Below, in pieces: positions 41,758-57,737 of a stretch of 64,000 nt of DNA. Each line of letters begins with the position of its first letter. Position 1 is the stretch's first letter. Both the position numbers and the translations under genes were made by a program. Below the pieces are notes generated by a model. That model was not told where the DNA came from. It searched no databases and saw only the letters and a list, made by a program, of their open reading frames with translations. Source of the stretch: Paramecium tetraurelia (taxonomy: Eukaryota); the NCBI GenBank assembly GCA_000165425.1, contig CT868021.1, forward strand, positions 1 to 64,000, read 5' to 3'.

Positions 41758-42132
41758 TCATCCGCATAAAAATTGCTTTGTTCCAATAAGTTTTGTGCAT
41801 TTTGAACATCTGTGTTGTGCATCTTTGCACCTATCCCAAACGCAAGGCAAAATTGCAAAAACAGCTGTTATGATGAATGCTAACAATATGAACATAACTA
41901 TGTAACTACACTTACCCATTTCGAATAGAACATCAGTTTCTACCAATTAATTGCATTTCGTACACAATAATTGTTCCTTACTTCTTGATTGCGGTACTTT
42001 AGGATATTCAGCATTTTCTTCTATTTATTTATTTCCAACCGACAATTCCACATGTACCGGTTTGATTGTTTGCTAAAACCCCTAAGATTGACAATAACTT
42101 GTCTATTAATTATGCTAATCACTATCAAACAT
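41758..42132 (-). CDS. LITAF-domain protein (124 aa)
   Basis: CTKC, hydrophobic stretch, LPC, then KDAQHRCSKCTKLIG; intronless. Confidence 0.9.
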
Positions 42133-42859
42133 AAGATTGGAAAATAATTAAATATTTATATATATGATTATAGATCAATTCTAGTATCAAATTTAGTTAA
42201 GTGTATTTACTTACAAATACTAATTTATTAGATGTGAGGAAAAAAGAAAAGAATAAAGAACATTGTGAAGAATTGTTATAATAACAAAAGTCAAATAGAA
42301 AAAGATATTAACAGGAATTTAAATAATTAACAAATTATTAAAAACAACCTACGTCCAACTGATTATTAATCTTCTTCATATATCACCTAACCTTTAATTT
42401 TAATGGTAACCGTAGGATAGAAATTGAGAATTTCATTAAGAGGGATATTTATTAAACAATCCTGCAAATCAAAGTAATATAATTTAAATAGTAAATTAAT
42501 TTCAAGTTGTTAAAACTGTCTTATGATATTTGATAATAAAGATCTAAAAAACTTTCAATGAATTTATATTATTTAATACATTTTACAAACACTACACCAA
42601 TATTGCAGAAGATCCATTGAATAAAACAATTTATTCATTGAGTTTATCCTTAGAATAATAATATATTGAATTAGTATTGTTTGTTAAAAATTTTCAATTT
42701 AATTTTGTCAGCCTGTATTCTATTCTTTAATAAAAATAATTCAACTTGTTTTCTTATTGTTGAAAGTGATATGTTATTACACATAAAGTTTGATAATAAG
42801 ATATTCATTTATGAGCATCTTAGATATTTGTGATATATATTAATTTTAAAATATTATTA

Positions 42860-44096
42860 ATGGGCTGTTGCATGAAAGGGAAGGCTCATGTGGCAGCGAG
42901 TTCCATAAATGCAAGTCAGAGACAGACTAAGAAATTCGATACTCAACGTTCTCGAGTGGATGAAATGAAGTTTGAGGTGTTTGAGAAAACTATGTATGGA
43001 AACGAGGATAATTATTATGATTCAGATGAATTAACTTGCATTGATCGCAATTAACTATTAAGTCTTATTAAAAGTGAGCCAAAAAAGATTCGTTGGACTC
43101 CTGGCTAAGTAATTGGGTAAGGCTCTTTTGGAAGAGTAATAGAGGCTATGAATTTAGATACTGGAAAATTGATGGCCGTCAAATAAGTGATGGTAGGTAT
43201 TCGAAATGAGGATCGCATTATGGCACTTGAGATCGAAATCGATTTACTTTCTTTGATCAAGCACAAGAACATAGTTTCTTATTATGGAATGGAACGAACA
43301 GAGAAGACCCTGAATATCTTTCTGGAGAGAGTGGCAGGAGGATCCCTGAGTTCAATGCTCCAGAAATTCGGTTCATTTTAGGAATCCCTAATTAAAGTTT
43401 ATATGCGTCAAATTTTGTAAGGGTTGGAATATTTGCATCAAAATGGCATTATGCATAGGGATATTAAGGGTGCAAATGTGCTAGTTGACAATCAGGGAGT
43501 TTGCAAATTGGCCGACTTTGGGAGTAGTAAGAAGATTGCATTAAATAGCGATAGCACTATATTTGGAACTCCTAATTTTATGGCTCCCGAGGTTGTACAA
43601 TAATAGAAGTCTGGGAGGAAAGCAGATATTTGGAGTCTGGGATGTACCATGATTGAATTGGCAACAGGTAAGCCTCCATGGCATGAGATAACAAACTAAT
43701 TTGCGGTTATGATCAGGATAGGAAAAGGCGAGATACCACAAATTCCAGAAGGGTTTTCGGAAGAAGCCAAAAGCTTTGTTTCGCATTGTTTAGAGTATTT
43801 AAGGGTGAAAATATATTGTTAGGGTTGATGAAAGGAAGCGTTGGAATGCTACTAAATTATTAAAGCATCCGTTTCTGATCCAATAGAATAAGCTCGAAAT
43901 TCCTTAGGGAAAAACTTCATTACGTAATACCCCTGGAAGTAAATCGAAGCAACAACAGCGGTCATTCAAATATCCAGAATAAGAAACCTCTCATTCTCCT
44001 GGTTAGGCGAAAGAGTTTGAATAACAACACTCAGACAACTTGTAGCCCATGAATGACAGTTCCTTTGTTCTCAAATAGAAAAGGTAGTAGGAATGA
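42860..44096 (+). CDS. STE11/MEKK-type MAP3K with N-terminal MGCC acylation motif
   Basis: [77 protein letters not shown]; one intron ~43795-43822. Confidence 0.92.
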
Positions 44097-44528
44097 TAAA
44101 ATTCTTTATGTTTTTAATTAGTTTCATATTAATATATATTAACAAAAGAAACAATAAATAATTCCTATTATTTTATTTTAAGAATTCCTTTTAATAGCTA
44201 AGAATTTGAATTGATAAATAGATCTACGTATACTACATATCTATGCTATGCAAGTGATCAATATCTGAAGGTTTAACTAATTCCTTGTTTTAAGAGAATA
44301 TAATTTTAGGTAATGCTAATATATCGATTACTGTATTTAATAGTTGTATTTAAGCTTAGAAATTTCTTCAAAGTTTGATAGTTATTTCAATTTTATCGAC
44401 AAGATTAATTGTGTTATAAAAAGAGAAAAGTTGATTTGATTATTATTAATCGTATCGTATTTAATTACATAAAGAATGAGGCTTATTACCAATTGATTTT
44501 GTTTGGAGGATTATTAATATTATTATAA

Positions 44529-46297
<1,769 letters not shown>

Positions 46298-46400
46298 TTA
46301 TTTACCAAATTTCATATTGTTCAACATATGTATATTCTAATTCGATAAAAAATATTATAAAATCTAATAAATTTCTTGTTATAATTAATTGTCACCATCA

Positions 46401-47806
46401 TCAAAAAAATCCCCCAGACTTTATTTCAGTTCCCCCAGGATTCGATTTCTGTGATTGAGCTATTGATTTAGGTCCAGATTTATTAGATTTAGAGACAGAC
46501 TTTTATGATTTCTCACTTCCTTGTCTATATACTTATGGAAACCTCACTTTCCCTTAAGAATCATTCCGATTTTAACCATTCTCCTTAAAGTCAACCCCTT
46601 CAGGTATGCTCACCTCATGAATAGGAGCATCAGAGCCTGACTTTGTCATCTGCACCTTATCCCAAGAATTCAGAGGAGGTTTAGGAGGCAATGCCTTAAC
46701 AATGTGATCAATTTCTGGTTTCTCCAAAGTAATGATATCGAATTCTATTTGTAAATTTGTTAATAATTATTACCTTTATCATATTTCTTGATCAAATCAT
46801 CATATTTATGTCTCTTTATCAATCTGTCTTGAGTTCTGAGTTGATCCTAGAGATCCCTTTCTCTGTATTCGTTTTCCAAGACATGCCTTATTTCATAACG
46901 TTTCTTGTGATTTCTATTGATCTCATCAATCATTTTGATTTCCTCTGGGATCTCCTTCGTTTAATCTAAATAAACAGATTCTCTAAACTTCCAAGAGGGT
47001 GGAAATCTATCGTTGAAGTGTTTGCCATGATTGAATTAGTCCTATTTTAATTTCCTCATTTTTATTGGAAAAAGTACTATTAAAATTCTTATTCCTTTTC
47101 ATCATTATAAAAAGTTCCTGCAACAATATCATAGTTCCTAACTCTTTTACATTTATCATTGATATCAGACATGACTGCGGTCTCCTATTCTTAAGCTTTT
47201 GATTCGTGATTTTCCAGAAACCTGAAGAATACTAATAATTTCTAACTTGTTTGTAATAATATTAAAATCTCTCTTGTTCCTATTAATCACAGGCTTCTCA
47301 TGAACTCTTTTCTGAACTACTACCTTCATGTTTTTGTAATATTCTTCACTCTTCTTCTCATTTGTAATTATATTATAATCATTAAAATTGGGTGGTAACT
47401 AACATAAAAATCAAATTGTATACTAAACATTATTTGGTCTTCTCTCTCTCGTCTGGTCTCTCTATTCCTTAAACTTGCTCCAAATTAACTAAATCATATT
47501 CGTGCAAGTATTTCTTAACCATTTCCTATCAAATCTAAACTCACAATACCATTTTCTTTTATGCCAATGTGGATGTTTTCTGAAAATCTTTCTCCTTCTC
47601 CTTAACATCCCTTTCTGGATTTTGAAAAGTCTGCAAAACAGGATTGAATTCTGTCTGTTTCAATTTCATCTCCTTTTGTGTATAGATCTTGGGTTTCTAA
47701 AAATCCACCTTTTGTTTCCTGTTCCCTTGATAACTAGGATTAATGTGGAATCTTACTCTTTCAATTCCTCCGCCCATGCCTTAGTGTCAGCTGGATCAAT
47801 GTACAT
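46401..47806 (-). CDS. Hypothetical protein with repeated (Y/F)(D/N)I(I/V)T-like motifs
   Basis: MYIDPADTKAWAEELKD...; motifs FNPVLQ, YDLVNL, YNIITN, FNIITN, YDIVAG, FDIITL; ends IKSGGFF*; multiple tiny introns. Confidence 0.75.
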
Positions 47807-47946
47807 CAAGCAGTTATTAATTTATTACTTAAAATGATAAATATACACAATATAATACTACTACTCTCTCTTTATTTCTCATATTGAGATTTTCGTCCAA
47901 AAACAAAAGAGAAATCACGATCAATAGTTATTCATTAATTTTTACA

Positions 47947-48533
47947 ATGTAATAAGATGATAAAAAAATTGATTTCATTCCTGTCCCAAAAAAAAATCAA
48001 ATTATAGTTCCATATGATTGCAAAATGCAAAAATACGATCTCACGGATAATGATATCAAAATACTGTTCAAGTATTTCAAAGAGTAATCACTATACACCC
48101 TATTAAAGATTAGCAATATTGAAACAAATGCGCAAGGATCTCTCCCAATCTAAGAGTTTGAACCCTTACAAAAGCTCCTTCAAAAAAGTTTCAATCTATT
48201 CTATTATTTTAGATTGCCTTGAAAATTCTATTACAAGTCTTGAGTTTCTTGATTCTTCTGCTCTTCATCTATTTATGGATTGGCTTGTTTATCGTGGTTT
48301 TGGCAGACCCCATCATTATGACTCTCTATAGTTATTTGGTGCTGTACTTGATTTGGTACAAGGGAATAAGGCTTGGGATTGAAATGATGTTGGATTATGG
48401 AAAACTAATGCCCTTACAAAAATATCTAAAATCAATGAATAAGAAATATTTCGGTAGCAACGGAATTCAATGGCATGTCGGAGGAGGAGGAAAATGGATC
48501 CAAATAGATTACTTAACATACTTGAAAAAATGA
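47947..48533 (+). CDS. Small two-TM membrane protein, ERF4/GOLGA7-like C-terminus
   Basis: Two tiny introns join MQQDDKKIDFIPVP... to the supplied hydrophobic ORF ending MNKKYFGSNGIQWHVGGGGKWIQIDYLTYLKK*. Confidence 0.7.
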
Positions 48534-48676
48534 ACATAATTCATCCAGAAACTCATTTCTATTTATAATTACATCTTAGCAAATTTATTCAACATAAATT
48601 ATTTTAAGCAAAATAAAAAAACACACCATTTAAATACAAAGTTCAAATCTATTGATCCTTATTACATTTCTTTAGA

Positions 48677-48933
48677 TCATTCCTTCTTTACACTTTATTT
48701 ATTATTCTACAATCTGTCTTATGTTTGCAATACTTATTTGAATTTCCTTTAAACACTCTTCCCAACGATTCCAATGAAATCCCCCTCCTCTTTGCCTCCT
48801 GTGTCCTCTGAATCACATACCTTATAGAGGAACAATCCAGTTAAATCAGCAACTGATTAGCCTCTTTTTTGATTTTATTATGGAATCTGTTCTTTCTATC
48901 GTATTAGTTTGAGTTGCATTCTTTATAATCCAT
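48677..48933 (-). CDS. Possible small hypothetical protein
   Basis: MDYKECNSNQYDRK... with one 22-nt GT-AG intron gives ...GGGFHWNRWEECLKEIQ...KKE*; no known motif. Confidence 0.35.
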
Positions 48934-49049
48934 AGTCACAATAAGTCCTAAAGGATATTTAATATAAAAAATAATGAACTTTTTAAATTTAAATGTGCTC
49001 ATATGAGAATTAAAGTAAAATAATGTTCTATTTATAAAAAATGAATTAA

Positions 49050-49973
49050 TCAGATAGACTTCCGACAGAATGGACATGTATTGTTGATGTTGATCCAAGA
49101 CTGAAAATTGAAAATAACTGAAATACCATAATGCAGCCTTCATGGTAATGATGCAGTTGGGAACATTTCAGAACAACCACCTCCTCGTTTAATTCATATG
49201 GACATCTGCAAATACAGCATTCTTGTTCTCCTTCGATTAGATTTGGTTTGTATTTGATTGGTTACAGTCGAGTTCTGATTTCGTTTCTTTGTTGCTCCTT
49301 GCTAAATCTACAATTTAAATAAGTGTGATTACAAATTGGCACAGTAATAACAACTGAGGATAATGAGGAATGGGGAACCTAGGATTGCCAAGACCAATAT
49401 CAAGTAAAGATCAATATATTGATAGAGTGAGATTACAAGGATTGCACATAAAAAGCAATATTAATACATTAACTCCTCTGACTTCATACTGTAATATATA
49501 CAAAATAAGTATACACCATAACCAAATATAAGTTAGTATATGATTGCTATTATTCGGCAACACCACTTGCCAAAGATTGTCAACTTCGCTACTTCTAGTT
49601 TTATTTATCTCGATAATATATTTAATTTCCTTTATTCAATTACTTACTCTACATTTTCAGCAGGTACAATTTGATCTAGTTTGAATGCCAATATTCTCTT
49701 ATTCACATTCAAATATTTTAAGTGATTCCTCTGGACAATGATCATAAGAAATGCATGGAACATTATCGCAAGAATCCAATAATTCATTTGGTTTTATTCG
49801 TGATTCATATACAGTAATGCAAATCCACATCCAATTTTCAAAGCGTTGTATGAGATATAATAATATTAAGTGGTCCTAAAATGACACACTGCCTCTTTAT
49901 AAATAGGGGTTTCTATATACATTTATTATTCTTCCTGTTAATTTAGATTCACTTCACGAAAATCATTATTCAT
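49050..49973 (-). CDS. Transmembrane RING-H2 E3 ubiquitin ligase
   Basis: Hydrophobic segments, then ECCICRCPYELNEEVVVLKCSQLHHYHEGCIMSWININNTCPFCRKSI*. Confidence 0.88.
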
Positions 49974-50903
49974 TTTATATTATAAATATTGTTAAAACGA
50001 ATCTCATTAAATATAACACAAAAAATTATAGCACTCAGAAACATTATTGTAATCCTTTAATTTATCATAACATTCTAATAATTTATTAACTCAACTAATT
50101 AAGAGCGAAACTAGTGACAAAAACATTATTAAAAATTTATAAAATTTAACAATTATATTTATTAATATTATACATTTATTGATCTACAAAATATCAAAAT
50201 ATTAAATTTAATGAATTCAATTAAAAAATTGTGAGGATAAATGCTGATAAATATTGATTAAAGAAATTTTAATGGTTTATAAGATGTCTTCAGGGATATT
50301 ATTAACCCACAAACATTTAAAGGAAATAACATCAATAATAAATAGTGAAATCTATAGATCCAAAAGCTTGTTTTGAAATACTTGCGTCTTTCTTTATGCT
50401 GATTAATCCATAAGTTGCATTCTTCTAATTAAATAAAAATATTATCTACTTAAATTCTATTTTCCTTATTATTAATTTCGTATTTCTATTGTTTACAAGG
50501 AGAAAATCAAAAAGATTAGATGAGGCTAGCCATCATGGTACTAATGATTATAATTTATTACAATTTACGCAATTTAAGAGTCAGAAATTTAAACTGATCC
50601 TGGTTCATAAGAATATGTGATATCAATTTCAAGTAAAGTAGAATGATTTCAGTTAATTATGATCTGAAATTGATTAATTCATAATTTTAATAACATAAAA
50701 AATGTGTAAAAATAAAAATCTCATAGATCTCCAGCTTATTTTAAATAAAATGATTAAGAAAATAAGTATCATTTTAAATTCGGTATTAGAAGGATTATGA
50801 AATTCTACTTGTTTAATTTTATATCTTAATTAAATTCAATGGGTATATTAGTAGGTGTTTCAATTCATTAATATTTCTATTACTATTATTGATTTAATTT
50901 ATA

Positions 50904-53900
50904 ATGAGCTAATAGAAAAACTTCATAATAACAGATAAAGGGATTACCTATGTAATAGAGAGTATGCTCGGTAGTGGGACTGGAGGATAGGTTTACAAAG
51001 CATACAGAGATGAATAGAATTAAGTTTAAGAATATGTGGCTCTAAAAATTTAGGGTAATTTAGAATTTTAAGAACATTAAACTTTAAAAACACTTAGCGA
51101 ATATAAGTTGAATCACATCGTTAATATATTGGACTTAGATTCCTATAATAATTATATTATAATCATAATGGATTTAGCTACAGGTTCTTTTCAAGAATAT
51201 TGGAGGAATGAGAAAATATTTGATATAAAAGTAATTCTACACTATTTCCTTTAAGTAAATATAGAATCAATAATTTAAGATAGTTTAGGGGACAGAGGAA
51301 TTACATAATTTATCTTTAATTCATAGAGATTTGAAATTAGATAATGTAGTTTACATGGAAGTAAATAACCAAAAGCATCTAAAATTATGCGATACTGGAC
51401 TAATGAGAGAGAAAAGTGGCAGAAAAACAATTACAGTAGGAACACCATATTACATGGCTCCTGAGTAAATCAATTAAAATATCTATGATGAGAAGGTCGA
51501 TATTTGGTCATTGGGTATGATACTGTACGAAATGATTGGCAAAAAAAATATGGTGGATGGTAAAAATTATAATTATTTTACAAGGAAATTCAATACAATC
51601 GATATTGCAATCAATCTTAAATCTAAGGTAGGATTAAATCAATTAACAGATCGATTAATTATTTATTAGCAATTTTGAATATTCACAGGATATTAAATTG
51701 TTATTAAAATAGATGATAAATGTAAGGAGTAGTGAAAGGCTTAAAGCAAGTGCGGTAGTAACGAAACTGAAACAAATCTTGAAAATTGATGGGATTCAGT
51801 CGAGTGGTAATGGATTATAATAGGCTTAATTTCAGTAATTTCAATTTAATACGTCTTTTTTTAAAGAACAAATAAAATAGGAGATTTAAAAAGAATTTGA
51901 AGAATAGAAAAATTAAGAGTTCTTAAAATTAGAAGAATAACATCGAAAGGATTTGTAGTAAATTAAAGAGCAATCTGAAGAGTATAATCAAAAATAAATG
52001 AGAGATGAAATTAATAAAATTCGAAAATAAATAGAGGAGGAATAGAAAGTTAAATTTGAAAAAGAACTAAAATTCAAGGAAGAATAATTATAATAGGAAT
52101 ATCAATTTTAGTTGACTTAGGTAAATGAGAAGTAAAAGCAGGAACTTACAAATAAATACGATGATGATTTGTTGAATCAAAAAAAACAAATGGAATAATA
52201 ATTTTAATAAAAAGTTGATGAGCAAATATCAATATAGCAGTAGCGTCTCTTAAAAGAAGCGGAAGAGAGGATTAAAAATGAATAACAGGATAAGGAGCAA
52301 TTTCTTAAAATACAGCTTTAGGAAAAATTGTCAAAACATTATTAGTAAGACTTTGAATAGAAAGTAAAGGATTTAACAAAATTTTAAAATATGCTTATTG
52401 TTACTCAATAAAATATCTTGAAGAGTACAAATCTCATTGAAAATTAATTAAAGGAATTAAAATTATAACTTTAACAATAACAAATACCATCCCAAACATA
52501 TTCTCATTATAATTAAGACTTTTAAAAATAATTAGAAGAGAAGTTATAGTAATTGTAGTCATTAAGTGATGAACTTTCTCAATTTCATTTCAATTTTTCT
52601 TTACAAAAAAATTAAAACTAAAATTAAATTGATTAAAATCTTAAAAAGTTGACAGGAATCGTAAATTCTTAATAACAATTGTTAAATCCTGTGAATGTTG
52701 TTAGCTTTATTCAGAAATTAAATCTATAACTCACAAATATCGCTGAAGAATATACCAGGTTGTCCGTAGAACATGAACAATAACGATTAACAGTCTTATT
52801 AGAATAATCTAAAAATTATATTGATGAAATCAAAAAAATGATTTCAGAGAAATAGTTACATTTATAGTAATTTAATGAAGATGCTGACTTGTTAATTTAA
52901 AAAGATAAACAATAATAAGAATAAATCCAAAGCATAAATCAATAGTTTAATTAGATTAGTATAGAATTCAAATTACTTCATTCAATGATGGATACTTCTA
53001 ACGTAGAATAATCTCAAACTGAAAAGTTAAATCAATCTTTTTTAAATATAAAAGATCAACTTACTAAATTTGAAACACATTTAGAAAAAGCCAAAGAAAA
53101 AGTCTCTTAATAAAAAATTAAAGAACTATAGATGATTCTGAATGATTTAGAGAGACTCGTTTTGTAAATCAACGAATGGGAAGAAAAAATAGATTACAAT
53201 AATAATGAATAATAAATGCAGATCTCAAATGAACAGAAAGAAGTACTTCAATAGTTAACATAGTAGTTATAAAGTTTTAACCAAATCAAGATTAAAATAT
53301 AATTATTAACATAATAATTAAAATCAAATCAAATTTAGTATTCAAACAGGATTTTTATTACAATCAAAACAGAATTTGAAATTTCTGCCTTTAAAATAGA
53401 GTAGATATATAATAACTATATAAATATGTTAAATAGAATTTAAGCCTAAGATTTATAATAAAATTAAGTAAAAACGGAGCAAAAAAAGCTTAATGAAAAA
53501 TTAAGAAAACACTAACAAAGTTTATAGTTGAATTATGATCAGTTAGTAGATGAATACAAAGTTATATAGGATGTATGTAAAAATGAAGAAAAATTATAGC
53601 ATTTATGGTTTGAAATATAAAGATAAGAAAAGATTCTTAAAAATGGATTTAAAGAGAGAACCACTTCAATTTATGTGGAGATTGCTGATTTTGAAAAGAA
53701 AATCTTTCAGAACTTAGTAGATGTTGAATTAGCAGAAAGTCAAATATCCTTTAAATTGGAGTTTATATCTAACCATCTTAGAGATGAATTATAGAAACTT
53801 ATTGTAATTAAATAACAAGCAACAGAATAAAAAGAAGGCTATTTAGCATAAAATTTTTAATTTTTTTTAACATCTTTAGAGGAATTGAATACAATATCGA

Positions 53901-54967
53901 ATAGCCTATTACTATCTCAAACAGAATAGCAATGCTATGATTGTATAGACAAATAGTAATCCTTACTTAAAAAATTAATCAAAGAGTATCAATAAAAATT
54001 AGCGGAAGATGAAATAAACGTTCATTTAGGCTCGCTTATGAATAATTCTAAAAATAAATTAACAATTTTATAATAAAATATATAGGAATAAATAACTCAG
54101 TTACAGAAGAAGGAAACAATTTATAAGGAATTGATTGAAGATTAAAAAGAAAGGATTTCTTCAATTGAAAAAAATTAAGTTAATGAGTTCAAACATGATG
54201 AAATTGTGGTAAGTGTTAGAAATTACTTAGATAAACTCAACAAAATTACTTAAAATATTAGTTCTCTGTAACAATAAAGTATAAACTAAAACGAGTAATA
54301 CCTCAAAGCTAACATAAATGAGTTTAATAAATAAATATAAATTTATAGGGAAGAGATCAAGGAATTGCAAAAATAGAAGTAAGAAAATACTGTTTACTTT
54401 AAAAAACTTTAATTTTACGATATAAAAATTGAAATAATCAAATCTTTTGAATTTCTTTTTTAGTTATTTTGCATCCATAAGAGGGAAATGCGATAAAGGT
54501 AGAAATCTTAGAATTTAAAGTCAAAGACAAAGCAAGAAGATCTCAAATAACATAGATTGAAATTTGGAATATTAGAAACATGCTTTAAATAGTATTTTTC
54601 ATAGAATTCATCTTAAGATTAGCTTTTAGTTAAATCTATTAAAAAGTATCTTATCACAAATGATTCATCTAATTAATAATCATAATTAGAAATATCATAT
54701 GAAATGGATCTTTTGAAGGAATTGTAAGAGTTAAATAAATAATTGGAAGATAAGAGTTAAAAACTTAAAGACAATGTAAAAACTCAAAATTCCGTGAAGT
54801 TCAAAGGTAAAATATAATTATTAGCTGAAAAATCTGAGAGGACTCTTAATGATGAAAAACGATAATTTTTCTTAAATTTGCAGAAAGCATTTGAATAACC
54901 CCTCCCTAAATTAAAAGAAATAAATTTAGAAGTATTGAGAGAAAAGTTAAGACATGGAAACAACTGA
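50904..54967 (+). CDS. Ser/Thr kinase with very long C-terminal coiled coil
   Basis: LGSGTGGQVY, VALK, IHRDLKLDN, KLCDTG, GTPYYMAPE, DIWSLG; then about 3.2 kb of Q/E/K-rich coding sequence; TGA 54965-54967. Confidence 0.85.
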
Positions 54968-55338
54968 TAAAATTATTAAAAAAAAATTATAAAGTTATTA
55001 TGAATAATATACCTACTCAAAAAAGGAAAAAACATTGAAATTTCAAAATGTTAGCCTTCTGTATTCCAAATTTGCAATTTTTTAATAATTCCATTTCAAA
55101 GTATTTTGGTACTCATTTGTTCTTACCTCAAATCAATTGGTATTTTAGATTAATTGTTAATTATTCATTCTTTAAAACCTTTCGTCTTCTCGTGTGTGCT
55201 TTAAGAATACCCAATTTCTTAAGAGAATAATTTTGTTTTGTATTCAGTAGATCAGTTCTAATTTGTTGATAGAATTGGTAAGAAATTAATTCAATGATCT
55301 AAGATTTTAATTATCTAAGTAACATATTTATAAATAAT

Positions 55339-56916
55339 TCATGTCTTTCTATTTCTGATATTCTTGACAGCTTAATTGAGTGCTACCTTATAAATTTAAG
55401 AGTCAAAGGTATTAGTTAATTTCATCGATTTTCCTAATGTTTTGGCGGTGGCTGATTTTTAATGGTGAATTTGTTAAGATACAGATTAAGCATTAACTTA
55501 TTTGAATGTGGTGGTTATTTATTATGAATTTATAGCTTATCTAGCTGATTGGACTTATTGATAGAAATTAATTTTATGATCACTGCTGATGTTGATGCTT
55601 AAATGTTTATCATTGGACTTAGATTTAAAATTTAATTTCCTTGGTGGATCTCTATTGGACAAGGGTTCTTAGATTTTGACTCTTCTGAATTGATTAAGGT
55701 CTTTAATGCTGAGTTTCTTCTTTGCAAGTTGCGTTTTAGAATTATTGGCAGATTCAAATCTTTATGTAAGACTCCTAAGATCTTGGGCTCCGGTAATACT
55801 ATCGAAATGGACAGTGCAATATTATTTGGAATCTCTGGTTTATTTTTTGGCAAGCAGAGTTTGTAGGTCAGTCATAACTTTGATTTCTAATTGTTGCACC
55901 TTTTTTGGGAGATGGGGACTTTATTGAGGTGCTCTTGGAGTAACACATTTTGGGGATTTCAAAAGAGTTGCAATTCTTTATTAATTTGGGAGTAGAGTGC
56001 GATTGGTTGGGGACTTAATATCGATGTCTCTTGGTGTCTAATTGATGAGATTAGAATAAATACGATGTGTAATTGATCTGATTTGATTGATTAATTTTTC
56101 TTTTTAATCGTTTTTTTAGGAACTTTGTTCTTGAGCATATTGAGTATATTGGTAATGCTAGATTTGCGTTGTTATTTATCTGGATTGTTCGGTTTTTGAA
56201 ATAACATAGCTTGTTATTTTAATTGGGGTTTATAACTTTCATATTTGAAATTTGGAATTGCTTACTGCAATATTTGGTATTGTTAGAGTTACTATTTGAA
56301 ATTGACAAATTATGGTTTGGTCTCAATGAAACTGATGCCTTCAAGGATCTTGTCACATTTAGATATCGGCTAGATTGAGGAGCTGTTTTACTTCATCAGA
56401 GGAACTCGCCTCTTGAGCCGTCATTTATTGGCTGGACTAAGGCAATGGCGAGTCACCCACGATGCCCTTTGGAGGTTTATCAGGATTGTTCTTGTTCTCG
56501 TTTGCAATGAGTTTGGCAATTCGATAATACTCTAATCTCCTCTTTTTATCATGGTAATAATTGAGTGGGATGATGGCTGGCACCATAAACAAACGTGGAA
56601 TGTCGTTGTGAAACTAGGGATAGGATTGATCGATACTTTGTAGTACTCACCCAGCATTTGCAATTTATCAGATAAAATAGTGGAGTTATACACTTTACAA
56701 AGCAGTTCTTCTGGTGAGTAGTAGAGCAGTACATCCTTATAGAGAATATTATTAGATGTGCGATAATTGTGCAATATTTCACTGATGCCTTTAGTGTAGT
56801 GGTAGTTTTGAGACTGAGAGTATTTCAAGAACAATGAATGACGCATGATATCTTGCAAATAACATATTGAATCTACCTATGATTGGAGTATTCTCTTCAC
56901 AAAAATCACATTTCAT
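55339..56916 (-). CDS. Hypothetical protein with structured N-terminal domain and low-complexity tail
   Basis: KYSQSQNYHYTKGISEIL...GEYYKFHNDIPRLF...HDKKRRLEYYRIAK after two tiny introns; S/P/Q/K-rich tail. Confidence 0.75.
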
Positions 56917-56949
56917 TTTGAATTTATGATAATTAAAATATATATAAAA

Positions 56950-57566
56950 TCACTAAGACTTCTGAGTCATTTTCTGAATTACTTTATCATCCTTGCCATC
57001 AATGATAAAGTCCTTCTTAGGATTGTATCTGCATTTCTTCAAGATGTTCTCGACTTCAGGTTCACTAGGTGTTCTTAAGATTGAGCCATCATATCTGTAA
57101 ATGATGGATTTTACAGGCTCATAATAACCTTCACCAACATCTGAAATTCAATTTCAAAAATTCATACCATAAGTGCCCTCAGGGATTTCAATCAGTATGT
57201 CGTCCTTGGTCATTTGAGTAATTCCTGCTGGTTTGATACTTTGTTTGATTTCCTAATGAAATCTTCGGTCATCCCCAATGCAATATTTCCAATCCATAGG
57301 TTCGTATTTCAGATGATCTTCAAAAAAATAGGTTCCATCCAACATCTTCCCTCTCTCCCATTTGGCTTTGTATTATCCCTAGAGTAATATTAGCATGCAT
57401 CTCAATGTACCCCATTTGGAAATATGAGAGTTCCATCTCCGTGAAATTCTCCCTTGAAAAAATCACCCTCGTAGATGACTCCATTGCTAAAGTAATATTT
57501 GCCTTTTCCATGAAACCAACCTTCGAGTTGCTCTCCCTCGTATTTGCTTTCAGCCCACTTTGACAT
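56950..57566 (-). CDS. MORN5: MORN5-like protein
   Basis: MORN repeats, then WKYCIGDDRRFHQEIKQSIKPAGITQMT...IPEGTYDVGEGYYEP...ILRTP...ILKKCRY, which matches the MORN5 C-terminal pattern; two introns. Confidence 0.88.
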
Positions 57567-57737
57567 TATATATTAATTAAAATAAGTTATATGTTAAAAA
57601 TATATATAAATCTCTGTTTAATATATTAATTTTATTGCATTTCCTCACTCCATTCGTCAAGAATCTAAAGATTGAATTAGTTCAAAATTTTAATTTTTGG
57701 CTAGGAATTAAATACAAATATAATACCCAAATAATTA

